A stretch of 57,650 bases of DNA. Origin: an uncultured Candidatus Saccharibacteria bacterium (GTDB taxonomy: Bacteria > Patescibacteriota > Minisyncoccia > Phycocordibacterales > UBA1006). Positions 1 to 7,748 of the stretch are shown piece after piece. Numbering within the stretch: the stretch's first letter is position 1; each line of letters opens with the position of its first letter. The notes below the pieces were generated by a model that made no database searches, had not been told where the DNA came from, and saw only the letters and a list, made by a program, of their open reading frames with translations. A program made the position numbers and the translations under genes. The DNA is taken from positions 1-57,650 of the forward strand of contig CAYXKF010000005.1 in assembly GCA_964464735.1 (NCBI GenBank), in the 5' to 3' direction.

Positions 1-323
1 GATCCGCACAGTCCGCAGGTCATGATCTTAGTGAATGCGAACTCCTTTTGCGATGATCTCGGCTCTAGTGTCTGACTCTTTATCTTTTCTTGAACGAGAT
101 CAAAAAGCTCTTTGGTAATGATTGGTTTATGCGATCCGTTGTACCAGTTTCCTGACTCTTTTGGGAACTCGAATCTGCCGTAGTAGAAGTGGTTTTGAAA
201 TATGCGATAAAGATTTCCTAAACTCAGATGGATATTGTTCTCAGTTTTGAAATTGATATCGTTTTTGAGCCATTGGTGTACCTTTCTTCCACTCCAACCA
301 TCGTATGCAATCTTCTCGAACAT
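1..323 (-). pseudogene. 5'-truncated large serine recombinase fragment (recombinase domain plus start of zinc-ribbon domain), runs off the window
   Basis: My own minus-strand translation from ATG 323 gives MFEKIAYDGWSGRKVHQWLKNDINF...YYGRFEFPKESGNWYNGSHKPIITKELFDLVQEKI...TCGLCGS, which fits the recombinase/Zn-ribbon region of large serine recombinases. An in-frame TAG at 351-353 and the + strand gene at 419 leave no room for the N-terminal resolvase catalytic domain. It is absent from the ORF track, probably because no stop lies inside the window. Confidence 0.55.
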
Positions 324-418
324 CTGCTTTAGGCTCACACCATAAAAAACCTATTTAAAGTGACTGGTTTCAAATTATCCACGGGTGTCTTAGGCTGTTA
401 TAATAAATAGGCAATACC

Positions 419-874
419 ATGAAATCACAAAAATCCACATTACTTAGAATGGATAACATTGGCATCGTTGTAGAATCCCTTGATGATGTTATTCCTTTTT
501 TTCTTGAATTGGGGCTTACTCTTGAAGGACGAGCAATGGTAGAAGGAGAGTGGGCTGGGCGTGTTACCGGATTAGGTGACCAGCAGGTTGAAATTGCCAT
601 GATGGTTACACCCGATGGCCACAGCCGGCTTGAACTCTCAAGATTCATTTCTCCAGCAATAATTGCTGATCACCGCAATGCGCCCGTAAACGCTTTGGGC
701 TATCTGCGCGCCATGTTTGCGATAAGCGATATCGACGAGACAATTGAGCGTTTACAAAAGCACGGCGCAACACTTGTTGGCGAAGTGGTTCAGTATAAAA
801 ATTTATACCGGCTTTGTTATATCCGTGGCCCCGAAGGCATTCTTATTGGGCTTGCCGAGGAGATCGGCAAATAA
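419..874 (+). CDS. VOC / glyoxalase-bleomycin resistance family protein
   Basis: 151-aa ORF. MDNIGIVVESLDDVIPFF..LGL...HSRLEL...GYLRAMFAISDIDETIERLQKHGATLVGE fits the paired beta-alpha-beta-beta-beta VOC fold pattern. Confidence 0.75.
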   Translation: MKSQKSTLLRMDNIGIVVESLDDVIPFFLELGLTLEGRAMVEGEWAGRVTGLGDQQVEIAMMVTPDGHSRLELSRFISPAIIADHRNAPVNALGYLRAMFAISDIDETIERLQKHGATLVGEVVQYKNLYRLCYIRGPEGILIGLAEEIGK

Positions 875-877
875 AAA

Positions 878-1366
878 ATGTGTTATACTGCTACGGATAT
901 GCAGTGGCCTAAAAAAATCTATTCGTTTTTCGACAAGCTTGAAGACCGCACCCGCGGACACCTTTCACGCCATCCAATAACGTATTCGATACTAGGAAGT
1001 ATCTTTTTAGTGCTGTTATGGCGCGGTATTTGGCACACAGCAGATATTCTTGAACATTCAGGTGGAAAAGTAGGCGCATTTTTGTTCCATCCGTTTATTT
1101 CGGCAACGTGGTCAACGTGGGGCCTTATGCTTATTGGATTATTTGTCTCGATGTTCGTAGGAGACATGATCATTATGTCAGGCCTAAAAAGACAAAAAAA
1201 GGTTACCGAACAGACCGAGGAAGAACTGATCAAAGAAGAAGCTGCCGAAGAAGACATGCTTGAGCATATCGAAGAGCACCTAACGCGCATTGAAGCGCGA
1301 CTAAGCCAGACCGAAAAAGTTGTAAAACAGATCGAGAAAGAAGAGGAACAGCAAAATAAAAATTAA
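878..1366 (+). CDS. hypothetical membrane protein with acidic coiled-coil C-terminus
   Basis: 162-aa ORF with two hydrophobic segments (ILGSIFLVLLW, GLMLIGLFVSMFV) followed by an E/K-rich tail. No family recognised. An alternative start lies at M8 (899). Confidence 0.5.
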   Translation: MCYTATDMQWPKKIYSFFDKLEDRTRGHLSRHPITYSILGSIFLVLLWRGIWHTADILEHSGGKVGAFLFHPFISATWSTWGLMLIGLFVSMFVGDMIIMSGLKRQKKVTEQTEEELIKEEAAEEDMLEHIEEHLTRIEARLSQTEKVVKQIEKEEEQQNKN

Positions 1367-1571
1367 CTTAATCTTCCGAAAAATATCCCCGCCTTTGCCC
1401 TTTTAAAGACTCGCACAGACAAAGCTTTAGCTTTATCGAGCGTAGAGCCTTTCCCGTGATTCGCTTAAGCGAATAATGAATAGTGAGGACTTGTGTCTTT
1501 AAAAGTGGCAAGGCAAAAGTTGGGACGAGTTCCCAAAACCCTAAAGAGGCGACTAAGAATATTAAAACCAA

Positions 1572-2495
1572 CTACGCATTCAGCGTAACGTAAATATCCT
1601 CAAGCGCCCGAACTGCATCACCAGCCGCAATGTTATTTTGGTGATACTTAATATTAGTACAATCACCGGCAGCCCAAATGCCCAAAGTGGTGGTTTTTTG
1701 TGTCCACGGGTCAATCACTACGCGTCCCATGGCGTCAATCTCGACAACATCTTTTAAAAAGTTTGTGTTTGGAATTTGGCCAATCTCGATAAAAATTCCC
1801 GTAACAGCCAAGGTGTGCAATTCACCAGTGGTACTATCCTTATATGTCAGGGCGGTAGGAAACTGATCGCCCGTAATTTCGACAGGTTCGGCATTTGCAA
1901 TTGCCTTCATGTGCGCATTTTTAGTAACCTTATCAATGGTAATTTGGTCGGCACGAAATTCACCGCGCGATAGCAAGGTAACGCTTTTACAGTACGCCAA
2001 AAGCTGCGCAGCTGATTCAAAGCCTGCATTACCACCACCAATTACCGCAACATCCTGTCCTTCAAAAATTGGCCCATCACAGCTAGCACAATAGGTAACC
2101 CCTTTATGTTCGTATTTGTCAGCGCCCGGAATGGTAAGCTTACGGCGCCCACTGCCAGCACACATAAGCACCGCTTTGGTTTCGATCTCGCTTTTATCCG
2201 AACAAGTAACGACAAAATGAAATTCGTCTTTTTTGGTTACACCAACAACGCGCACACGCTCTTTTAGCTCAAGTGCATTTTGCTTCACGTAATCATCAAG
2301 GTGCGAGCGAAAACTTTTGACCAGATCCATGCCCGAAATAGCCGGAGTACCGATCCAGTTATAAATAGTTTCAGAAACTTGCGATTGGCCGCCAATTTCC
2401 TCGGCAACGATAATTGCCTTCATTTTTTTTCGGGCAGCATAGACCGCAGCCGAAACGCCGGCTGGACCGCCACCGATGATCACTAAGTCATACAT
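1572..2495 (-). CDS. trxB: thioredoxin reductase-like FAD/NAD(P)-dependent disulfide oxidoreductase
   Basis: YDLVIIGGGPAGVSAAVYAAR (FAD GxGxxG), the redox CASCDG motif, VAVIGGGNAGFESA (NAD GxGxxG) and a GDC..IKY.Q tail. Start set at the internal M (2495), which removes the overlap with ftsZ and sits 6 nt after a TACAAT box. Confidence 0.85.
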   Translation of the reverse strand: MYDLVIIGGGPAGVSAAVYAARKKMKAIIVAEEIGGQSQVSETIYNWIGTPAISGMDLVKSFRSHLDDYVKQNALELKERVRVVGVTKKDEFHFVVTCSDKSEIETKAVLMCAGSGRRKLTIPGADKYEHKGVTYCASCDGPIFEGQDVAVIGGGNAGFESAAQLLAYCKSVTLLSRGEFRADQITIDKVTKNAHMKAIANAEPVEITGDQFPTALTYKDSTTGELHTLAVTGIFIEIGQIPNTNFLKDVVEIDAMGRVVIDPWTQKTTTLGIWAAGDCTNIKYHQNNIAAGDAVRALEDIYVTLNA

Positions 2496-2509
2496 AAAAA
2501 GATTGTAAG

Positions 2510-3685
2510 TTATTTTTTGCCGCGGCGCAAAAATGCAGGAACCGCCGACCAATCATCTTCGTCGCTGATTTCTTCGATATGCTTAAGTTCAGTCGAATCA
2601 AGGGTATTCACTACAGGTGTCGAAGGTGCCTGGATTTCAGGTTCAGGCTTTTCAATACGAGTTGTTGCTGGCGCTACCGGTTGTGCATTACGGGTACTAT
2701 TTGCAAACAAACTGCGGCGATTTTCAGATACTCCGGTGAATCCCGTTGCAATAACGGTAACTTTGATTGATCCCTTAGGAAGCGCTTCATCATGAATAGT
2801 TCCAAAAATAACGCGCGCTTGTGGGTCGATCGATTCGGTAATGATTTTTGCGGCATCCTGGACTTCGTGCATCTTAAGGTCGTCAGAACCCGAAATCGAG
2901 AACAAGACGCCCTTGGCGCCACTGATAGCCATATCCAACAATGGGGAATTAATAGCCTTATGCGCCGCATCTTGTGCGCGAGTTTCACCTGAAGCCGTAC
3001 CAATACCCATAAAGGCAGTACCAGCGTTGGTAAGAATAGTGCGAATATCTGCAAAGTCGATATTAATCGTACCAGGGGTAGTGATAAGTTCAGAAATGCT
3101 TTCGACGGCTTGGCGCAATACTTCGTCGGCAGTTGCAAAGGCATCCTTAAAGCTTGTTTCGCGATCAGTAATATCAAGTAGGCGATCATTCGAAATAACA
3201 ATAATCGCATCGACTTCTTTTTTCAATTCTTCGATGCCTTGTTCAGCGATCTTCATGCGCTGCTGACCTTCAAACGAAAACGGCTTGGTAACAACGGCAA
3301 TAGTCAAAATGTCTTGCTCTTTGGCAATCGATGCAACGATTGGTGCTGCTCCGGTACCAGTTCCGCCACCCATACCGCATGCAATAAAGACCATGTCGGC
3401 ACCCTTAAGCGCTTCTTGGATTTCTGCCTTGGTTTCATTTGCTGATTGTTTTCCAACATCTGGATTCATGCCCGAACCAAGACCCTTGGTCAGGTTGCGG
3501 CCAATGTGGATCTTTTTTTCCGCCAACGAATGGTGCAAGTCCTGCGTGTCAGTGTTCATGCAGATGAACTCGACGCCTTTAACCTTCGAGCTGATCATGT
3601 GGTTTAGGGCGTTTTTTCCTGAACCGCCGACACCGACGACTTTCAGGCGAGCAAAACTTTCAACACTGGGATTAACTTTAGGCAT
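2510..3685 (-). CDS. ftsZ: cell division GTPase FtsZ
   Basis: 391 aa. Contains VVGVGGSGKNALNHM, the tubulin signature GMGGGTGTGAAPIVA, NTDTQDL, and a C-terminal DDWSAVPAFLRR peptide. Confidence 0.97.
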   Translation of the reverse strand: MPKVNPSVESFARLKVVGVGGSGKNALNHMISSKVKGVEFICMNTDTQDLHHSLAEKKIHIGRNLTKGLGSGMNPDVGKQSANETKAEIQEALKGADMVFIACGMGGGTGTGAAPIVASIAKEQDILTIAVVTKPFSFEGQQRMKIAEQGIEELKKEVDAIIVISNDRLLDITDRETSFKDAFATADEVLRQAVESISELITTPGTINIDFADIRTILTNAGTAFMGIGTASGETRAQDAAHKAINSPLLDMAISGAKGVLFSISGSDDLKMHEVQDAAKIITESIDPQARVIFGTIHDEALPKGSIKVTVIATGFTGVSENRRSLFANSTRNAQPVAPATTRIEKPEPEIQAPSTPVVNTLDSTELKHIEEISDEDDWSAVPAFLRRGKK

Positions 3686-3733
3686 ACAAAAATAAGAGCG
3701 GATAAATGATTAATTAATGGTTAAGATAAGACG

Positions 3734-3761
3734 AGTATACCGCCTTACAATTAATAGTCAA
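3734..3761 (-). promoter_or_regulatory. sigma70-like promoter upstream of ftsZ (TTGACT-16 nt-TATACT)
   Basis: The minus strand reads TTGACT (3761-3756), a 16-nt spacer, then TATACT (3739-3734), in the ftsA-ftsZ spacer. Confidence 0.5.
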
Positions 3762-3779
3762 TTGGGTAAAAACCCTTGA

Positions 3780-4955
3780 TTACGGGATCAAGTTGTCGCC
3801 TAATTTGCGACCCAAAGATTTAAAAAATGACGTAACACTTTGCAGTAAATCGCCTGACGCATCGCCATAATTACCTTCGCGCAAGCACAATCCGTATGCC
3901 GCAAACCACGAAGCATCCATCTTAATTTTCTGCTGAGACATCAACTGTACGTATTCGCTTTTAATTACTTGTGCAGGAAGGCGTAAATGGTCGCGTGTCA
4001 GTTCATCAATGCGCGACAGCTGCGAACCGCCACCGCAAATGATGACACCGGCGGGAAGCAAACCATTGCGATTAATTTTTTTCAAGTGCTGTTCGATCAG
4101 CTCAAAGATATCTTCCATGCGTGCAGCAATAATATTGTCGATTTTCTTTTTTGAAAAGCTCACATCCGGCTTGCCGATTTTTAGATTCTCGGCTTTCTCG
4201 ATTGGAATCTGAAAACCAAGCGCGATGTCATTAGTAATATCGGTCGACCCGATTGGCAGCACTTCCAATGATACCGGCACATCGTGTTCAAACACAACCA
4301 GCGATACTGTTTCGGCGCCAATGTCGGCAACTAAACAACCGGCTGTACGCTGACGAGGTGACAACAGCGCGTCAGCTAAGGCAATAGGAGATGCAACAAT
4401 ATCTTTTACAGCAATATTTGCACCCGCAATGACATTTAAAAGGTCTTCAATGTGGTGCGCAAAAGCTGAAACGCACAGCGCCTTCATGAATAGTTTTCTT
4501 CCAGTCAAACCAAATGGCGCACCGGGAATCGCAACACCATCAAGCTCGTAAGCAATAGGAATCATATGCAGCGGGCGGCGATTTTGATACTGCTGTGAAA
4601 ACAGCCGCTCCATGGTCGAAAGCGCCATATCAATGTCTTGCTGGGATACTTCTTGTCCGGCGTTTTTGATATCAAACGTATGCGATACGACATGTGACGC
4701 CAAACTGACGCCACCCATCGCAACGTATGCATTTGTTACTGGAACGTGCGAATGTTTTTCGGCTTCGGCGATCGCATTGGTAAGCGACTGCGCCGCGTCG
4801 TAACGACTGACGACATATCCATGACGCAATCCGCGCGTTGGGCTTGAGCCCATGCCCAAGATTCGTGGCTTGCCGCCGTCTTCGCGCACTTCACAAACAA
4901 CCACACGTGTCGTGTAAGTTCCCATGTCGATCCCGGCAATCACCTTATTGCGCAT
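3780..4955 (-). CDS. ftsA: cell division protein FtsA (actin-like ATPase)
   Basis: 391 aa. IAGIDMGTYTTRVVV phosphate-1 motif, VADIGAETVSLVVF, GGGSQL adenosine motif, and a position immediately upstream of ftsZ. Confidence 0.92.
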   Translation of the reverse strand: MRNKVIAGIDMGTYTTRVVVCEVREDGGKPRILGMGSSPTRGLRHGYVVSRYDAAQSLTNAIAEAEKHSHVPVTNAYVAMGGVSLASHVVSHTFDIKNAGQEVSQQDIDMALSTMERLFSQQYQNRRPLHMIPIAYELDGVAIPGAPFGLTGRKLFMKALCVSAFAHHIEDLLNVIAGANIAVKDIVASPIALADALLSPRQRTAGCLVADIGAETVSLVVFEHDVPVSLEVLPIGSTDITNDIALGFQIPIEKAENLKIGKPDVSFSKKKIDNIIAARMEDIFELIEQHLKKINRNGLLPAGVIICGGGSQLSRIDELTRDHLRLPAQVIKSEYVQLMSQQKIKMDASWFAAYGLCLREGNYGDASGDLLQSVTSFFKSLGRKLGDNLIP

Positions 4956-4961
4956 GCCGCC

Positions 4962-4967
4962 ATTATA
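4962..4967 (-). promoter_or_regulatory. -10 box (TGaTATAAT) 6 nt before the ftsA ATG; candidate leaderless promoter
   Basis: The minus strand reads GTGATATAAT-GGCGGC-ATG CGC AAT AAG, which encodes MRNK of FtsA. Confidence 0.5.
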
Positions 4968-4999
4968 TCACAGCGGTTTTCATCATGCATCACTTTTTT

Positions 5000-5422
5000 C
5001 TACGAAAGGTACGGATCAGGAATCTTAAAGCGCTTCAAAAATTTGGATTCGATTTTTTCCATGGCATCTCCGTGGTCATGCCCAAGTAAGTGAACGCATC
5101 CGTGCACAAACAAAAACGCCACGTGATCAGTATAGGTATGTCCAAAATTTTTTGCCTCGCTTCGCGCAGCTGAAAGGTTCATCGCAATCTCACCCTCGGT
5201 ATCAGAATAGGGAAATGAAAAAATATTTAACGGGTCGGATGTTTTTTTAAACTTTTTATGCAAGTCCTTGCCGCGCTTGGGCGACACGAACGCAACCGAC
5301 AAGTCATATTTTTTTCCCAAGATCGCAATTTTTATTTTGTATAGCAAAACAGCGTCCACATGTGAACGCGTTTCGCAGGTAATCGCAAACGAAGGCTTTG
5401 AAAAGACAAGCGCCATGCGCAA
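5000..5422 (-). CDS. ybeY: rRNA maturation endoribonuclease YbeY
   Basis: 140 aa with the metal-binding motif HGCVHLLGHDH. Confidence 0.9.
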   Translation of the reverse strand: MRMALVFSKPSFAITCETRSHVDAVLLYKIKIAILGKKYDLSVAFVSPKRGKDLHKKFKKTSDPLNIFSFPYSDTEGEIAMNLSAARSEAKNFGHTYTDHVAFLFVHGCVHLLGHDHGDAMEKIESKFLKRFKIPDPYLS

Positions 5423-5426
5423 AGGT

Positions 5427-5657
5427 TTATCGAACCGCTACTTTGCCAAGCTTCTGAAGGCGCTGGTATTCCTTTCGCTTTTTAAGCTTTTGCAACGCGC
5501 TATTATGTGTGCGCAATTTTGAAGGCTTTCGAGAGTAATAACGTCGGTCTTTCAGTTCTGGCACGAATCCCGCGGCCTTTACCTTACGGGTAAAACGGCG
5601 CAATACATTGCCGCTTTGTTCATTATCAGTTTTTGTAATTTTGACATTGGTTGCCAT
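5427..5657 (-). CDS. rpsU: 30S ribosomal protein bS21
   Basis: MATNVKITKTDNEQSGNVLRRFTRKVKAAGFVPELKDRRYYSRKPSKLR. The ORF-track entry 5427..5789 is an upstream extension; ATG 5657 gives the normal ~76 aa. Confidence 0.9.
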   Translation of the reverse strand: MATNVKITKTDNEQSGNVLRRFTRKVKAAGFVPELKDRRYYSRKPSKLRTHNSALQKLKKRKEYQRLQKLGKVAVR

Positions 5658-5709
5658 AACGCGGCCATAGTAGCACAACCTTGATATTTTGCAAGGGGAA
5701 AAGGCCAAA

Positions 5710-7689
5710 TTACACAAAGCCTCCCAGTCGATAGCGGTTTTGGGTCGCATAGGGCACAAAAGCTGCCCGCATATAAGGAATACGGGCAAACAAAGCGCCT
5801 ACCATTGATACATATTCAACAATGGATTGGTGGCCATTAAACCCAGACACGCTATAGGTAACAACCTGCATTGGTATTTTTTTTGAACCAATAACACCAT
5901 ACGAAGCTGACTGCATTACCGTAGCAGCGTAAGCTTTGGCATTTTCGAAAAGAATTAACTGTGCTTTTTCATGAATCGCAGCCGTTCCCGAAACAACAAC
6001 CGCAAGGGTTGGCGCAGGTAACATATGAAATCGGTACGCTGACGATACATATGCATGCAGTCGATCTGAGTAGTCATTTCCGGTATACATGCGAATGTCG
6101 GATCGTTCGTCAGTTGTCTGTATGTGCACATGCGCCTGCGCGTGATCACGGATTACGCGGGCGACAAACTCGCCATGGTCAAACATGTTTGCAACGGGTG
6201 CTGCAACAATACCTTCATGCGAAACAATAACAATGTGGTCAAACTTTTTTGATGACCGGTCAAGATCAAAAATAGTACCAATGCAAATTGCATTACCTTC
6301 GACTGAATCCTTAAAGACCGATCCGTCAGCAATATTTTTAAGAGAGCCACTTTTTTCATTGCGTACAAACAGAACTTCAGGATCTATTAATTTTAAGGCA
6401 GATTCGGCTATGCGTTCGATTCCAAGCCCAAGTGAAATTAATGTATAGCCATCACAATTAGGGCACTTATCAAATGGAGGGTAATCAGCTTTACAATCAA
6501 CACAGACTAATGACCGCCGTGCATCTGTTTTTGTTGAAATGACATTTTTTAAAACCAACATCCCGTCACACACTTTGCACCGCATAATAGTGCTGCAATC
6601 TTTACAGGTAACCGAAGGTGCATATCCATGGCGTGACGCGACAATAAAAACGCTTTGTTTTTTATCTGCCGCACCTAAAAGCACTTCTTCTGCTTTTTTA
6701 CCAAATACTTTATATTCAGGATTTTTTTGGTCAACGTGCTTATTGCCAACAAGTTCGGTCTCGACAAGGCCGTTGCGCGCATATGCATGAAATTGCAACC
6801 CAGGCGTATCAACATGTACAGGGGACGGCAACAATGCAGCATCTGCCTGTTCACCGTAAGACGTATATGCCTGGGTCGAAAGGGGAAAGTCGGCAAAGGT
6901 TATAGGTACATCAAATGTGCGCGCGACAAAATCGCACAACAATCGGTAGTCAATAAATGGTTGTTTCATTGCATGGTACTGCGGATGGTTTTCGAACTCA
7001 CATATCATAAACGCAGGAGCGCGCATAAACGCTGCACTAATAGTATGTGCAGTCACACAATAAATAATCACACGCTTTTTTGAAACAGCCGATGCATTTT
7101 TTTTAGAATGAGCCTTGGTAACCGAAACACATATAATAGCATCGTCGGCAAGCAAAGTATTTATATCACGCGCAATACGGTCGGAAAGTTCCTGCGTAGG
7201 ACAAATAATAACAATCGGTGTTTCTGTTTGGCCCATATTTTGCACAAGCTTTGCATAATGACTGATACGTTCAGCATAAGAGGTCGAGAATAAAGTTTTA
7301 TTATACCCAGATGCACTAAATGGCATTTTGTCGCCAATCGACTGCGGAATTTTGGCACTACGCACGTGCGTAAGCGATGTAACGCTTGCAAGGATTTTTG
7401 CATCTGATACTTGGTACAGTATTCCAAACTCGGCGCACGCCTGTAAAAAACGAGGTTCGATAAAGCGTTCATAAATAGTATCAATTACTTCATGTACCGC
7501 AAAGCCCGCGCTGCGTACCATTGTACGCGCCTGCGCTAGTGTTTGGCACGAAAGCACAATTGCCGACTGCGTTTGCTTGCGAAACGAAACACGCACTAAC
7601 GCGCCAACCTTGATCGGTTGTTTTGACCGATATGCAAGCGATTCACCAAAAGCTCCCATTTTGCAGACAGTAACCGTAATAATATACAT
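5710..7689 (-). CDS. priA: primosomal protein N' (PriA)-like protein with degenerate helicase motifs
   Basis: N-terminal VRVSFRKQTQSAIVLS, the Cys-rich zinc region CKDC..CKVC...CVDC...CPNC, and GLGIERI are collinear with PriA. Start set at ATG 7689 (MYIITV), 6 nt after TACTAT, which avoids overlap with gltX. Confidence 0.8.
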   Translation of the reverse strand: MYIITVTVCKMGAFGESLAYRSKQPIKVGALVRVSFRKQTQSAIVLSCQTLAQARTMVRSAGFAVHEVIDTIYERFIEPRFLQACAEFGILYQVSDAKILASVTSLTHVRSAKIPQSIGDKMPFSASGYNKTLFSTSYAERISHYAKLVQNMGQTETPIVIICPTQELSDRIARDINTLLADDAIICVSVTKAHSKKNASAVSKKRVIIYCVTAHTISAAFMRAPAFMICEFENHPQYHAMKQPFIDYRLLCDFVARTFDVPITFADFPLSTQAYTSYGEQADAALLPSPVHVDTPGLQFHAYARNGLVETELVGNKHVDQKNPEYKVFGKKAEEVLLGAADKKQSVFIVASRHGYAPSVTCKDCSTIMRCKVCDGMLVLKNVISTKTDARRSLVCVDCKADYPPFDKCPNCDGYTLISLGLGIERIAESALKLIDPEVLFVRNEKSGSLKNIADGSVFKDSVEGNAICIGTIFDLDRSSKKFDHIVIVSHEGIVAAPVANMFDHGEFVARVIRDHAQAHVHIQTTDERSDIRMYTGNDYSDRLHAYVSSAYRFHMLPAPTLAVVVSGTAAIHEKAQLILFENAKAYAATVMQSASYGVIGSKKIPMQVVTYSVSGFNGHQSIVEYVSMVGALFARIPYMRAAFVPYATQNRYRLGGFV

Positions 7690-7695
7690 AGGGTA

Positions 7696-7701
7696 ATAGT
7701 A
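7696..7701 (-). promoter_or_regulatory. -10-like box (TACTAT) 6 nt before the priA ATG
   Basis: The minus strand reads TACTAT-TACCCT-ATG. Confidence 0.4.
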
Positions 7702-7748
7702 GCACTCGCATTCGTATTTTAAAAATCCTATGTTAGAATGATTTTTGT

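Noticed and set aside
370-648. Many 60-180-aa ORFs in the track lie antisense to, or out of frame within, clearly identified genes. Examples are 370-648, 2674-3210, 2841-3266, 14647-15039, 19708-20187, 23168-23632, 40099-40545 and 43893-44330.
   Set aside because: They sit entirely inside well-supported genes on the other strand or frame. They have low-complexity, compositionally skewed translations and no recognisable motifs. I treat them as shadow ORFs.
5658-5789. N-terminal extensions of track ORFs: rpsU to 5789, priA to 7764, trxB to 2552, trhO to 26038, rsmI to 22897, the nth-like gene to 24410, atpH to 43953 and the atpZ-like gene to 46015.
   Set aside because: The extensions overlap neighbouring genes or promoters and add non-homologous residues. 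Internal ATGs give normal protein lengths and often sit 5-7 nt after a -10-like box.
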